NCBI GenBank assembly: GCA_040758355.1
Contig: JBFLWF010000020.1
Location: 1 to 46,716 of the forward strand
Source: Nitrospirota bacterium
GTDB lineage: Bacteria; Nitrospirota; Thermodesulfovibrionia; Thermodesulfovibrionales; Dissulfurispiraceae
DNA: 46,716 nt
Direction: 5' to 3'
A program made the position numbers and the translations under genes. Under the pieces are notes generated by a model that saw only the letters and a list, made by a program, of their open reading frames with translations, was not told where the DNA came from and made no database searches. Shown piece by piece: positions 46,594 through 46,716 of the stretch. Position 1 is the first letter of the stretch; the number at the start of each line of letters is the position of its first letter.

Positions 46594-46716
46594 GGCTCTT
46601 CGTGTAATCGAGTGGGTCATTTTATATCTCCTTGAGCATACATGTAAGTATTTTCAGGCGCAGATACTCCTCGTCTCTGAGACCGTAAGCCCTTCTCTGT
46701 ATAACACGAATTTTGT
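46594..46716 (-). mobile_element. Right end of an ISL3-family insertion sequence
   Basis: Terminus GGCTCTTCG at 46594 (ISL3-type GGCTCT end), preceded by the AT-rich 8-mer TGAATTAA. Confidence 0.88.
46622..46716 (-). CDS. ISL3 transposase C-terminus (partial)
   Basis: KIRVIQRRAYGLRDEEYLRLKILTCMLKEI*, matching the ISL3 N.KI+.I.R.AYG.R motif. Confidence 0.88.
   Translation of the reverse strand, partial: KIRVIQRRAYGLRDEEYLRLKILTCMLKEI

Overview
Bacterial DNA, probably a whole contig because both ends fall inside IS elements (IS3 family on the left, ISL3 on the right). About 36.5 kb (167-36705, all on the minus strand) is one large Wzx/Wzy-type surface-polysaccharide locus (O-antigen or EPS). 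It is headed by wzz, an EPS-type MarR/wHTH regulator and a NusG/UpxY-type antiterminator. The locus is unusually rich in tailoring enzymes: 6 class I SAM methyltransferases, a TcaB9/EvaC-like sugar 3-C-methyltransferase, a B12-dependent radical SAM enzyme, a sulfotransferase plus APS kinase, an AsnB-like amidotransferase, 2 aminotransferases, an acetyltransferase and an LhgO-like oxidoreductase. It also appears to encode a lipid-phosphate-sugar periplasmic modification system: 3 GtrB/DPM1-like GT2s, a flippase-like protein and 2 paralogous GT-C-like membrane proteins. Three related 41-54 aa single-TM microprotein genes, two absent from the ORF track, lie in this locus; two sit directly in front of the GT-C-like genes. 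To the right are two MacB-like ABC permeases, a 3.4 kb decaying island (DUF1640-like gene, IS3/IS481 debris, AbrB-PIN and BrnTA toxin-antitoxin pairs with visible operators), then eamA, pncB, an HD-GYP phosphodiesterase and rarA interrupted by ISL3. All family calls come from motif recognition by eye; no database searches were run.
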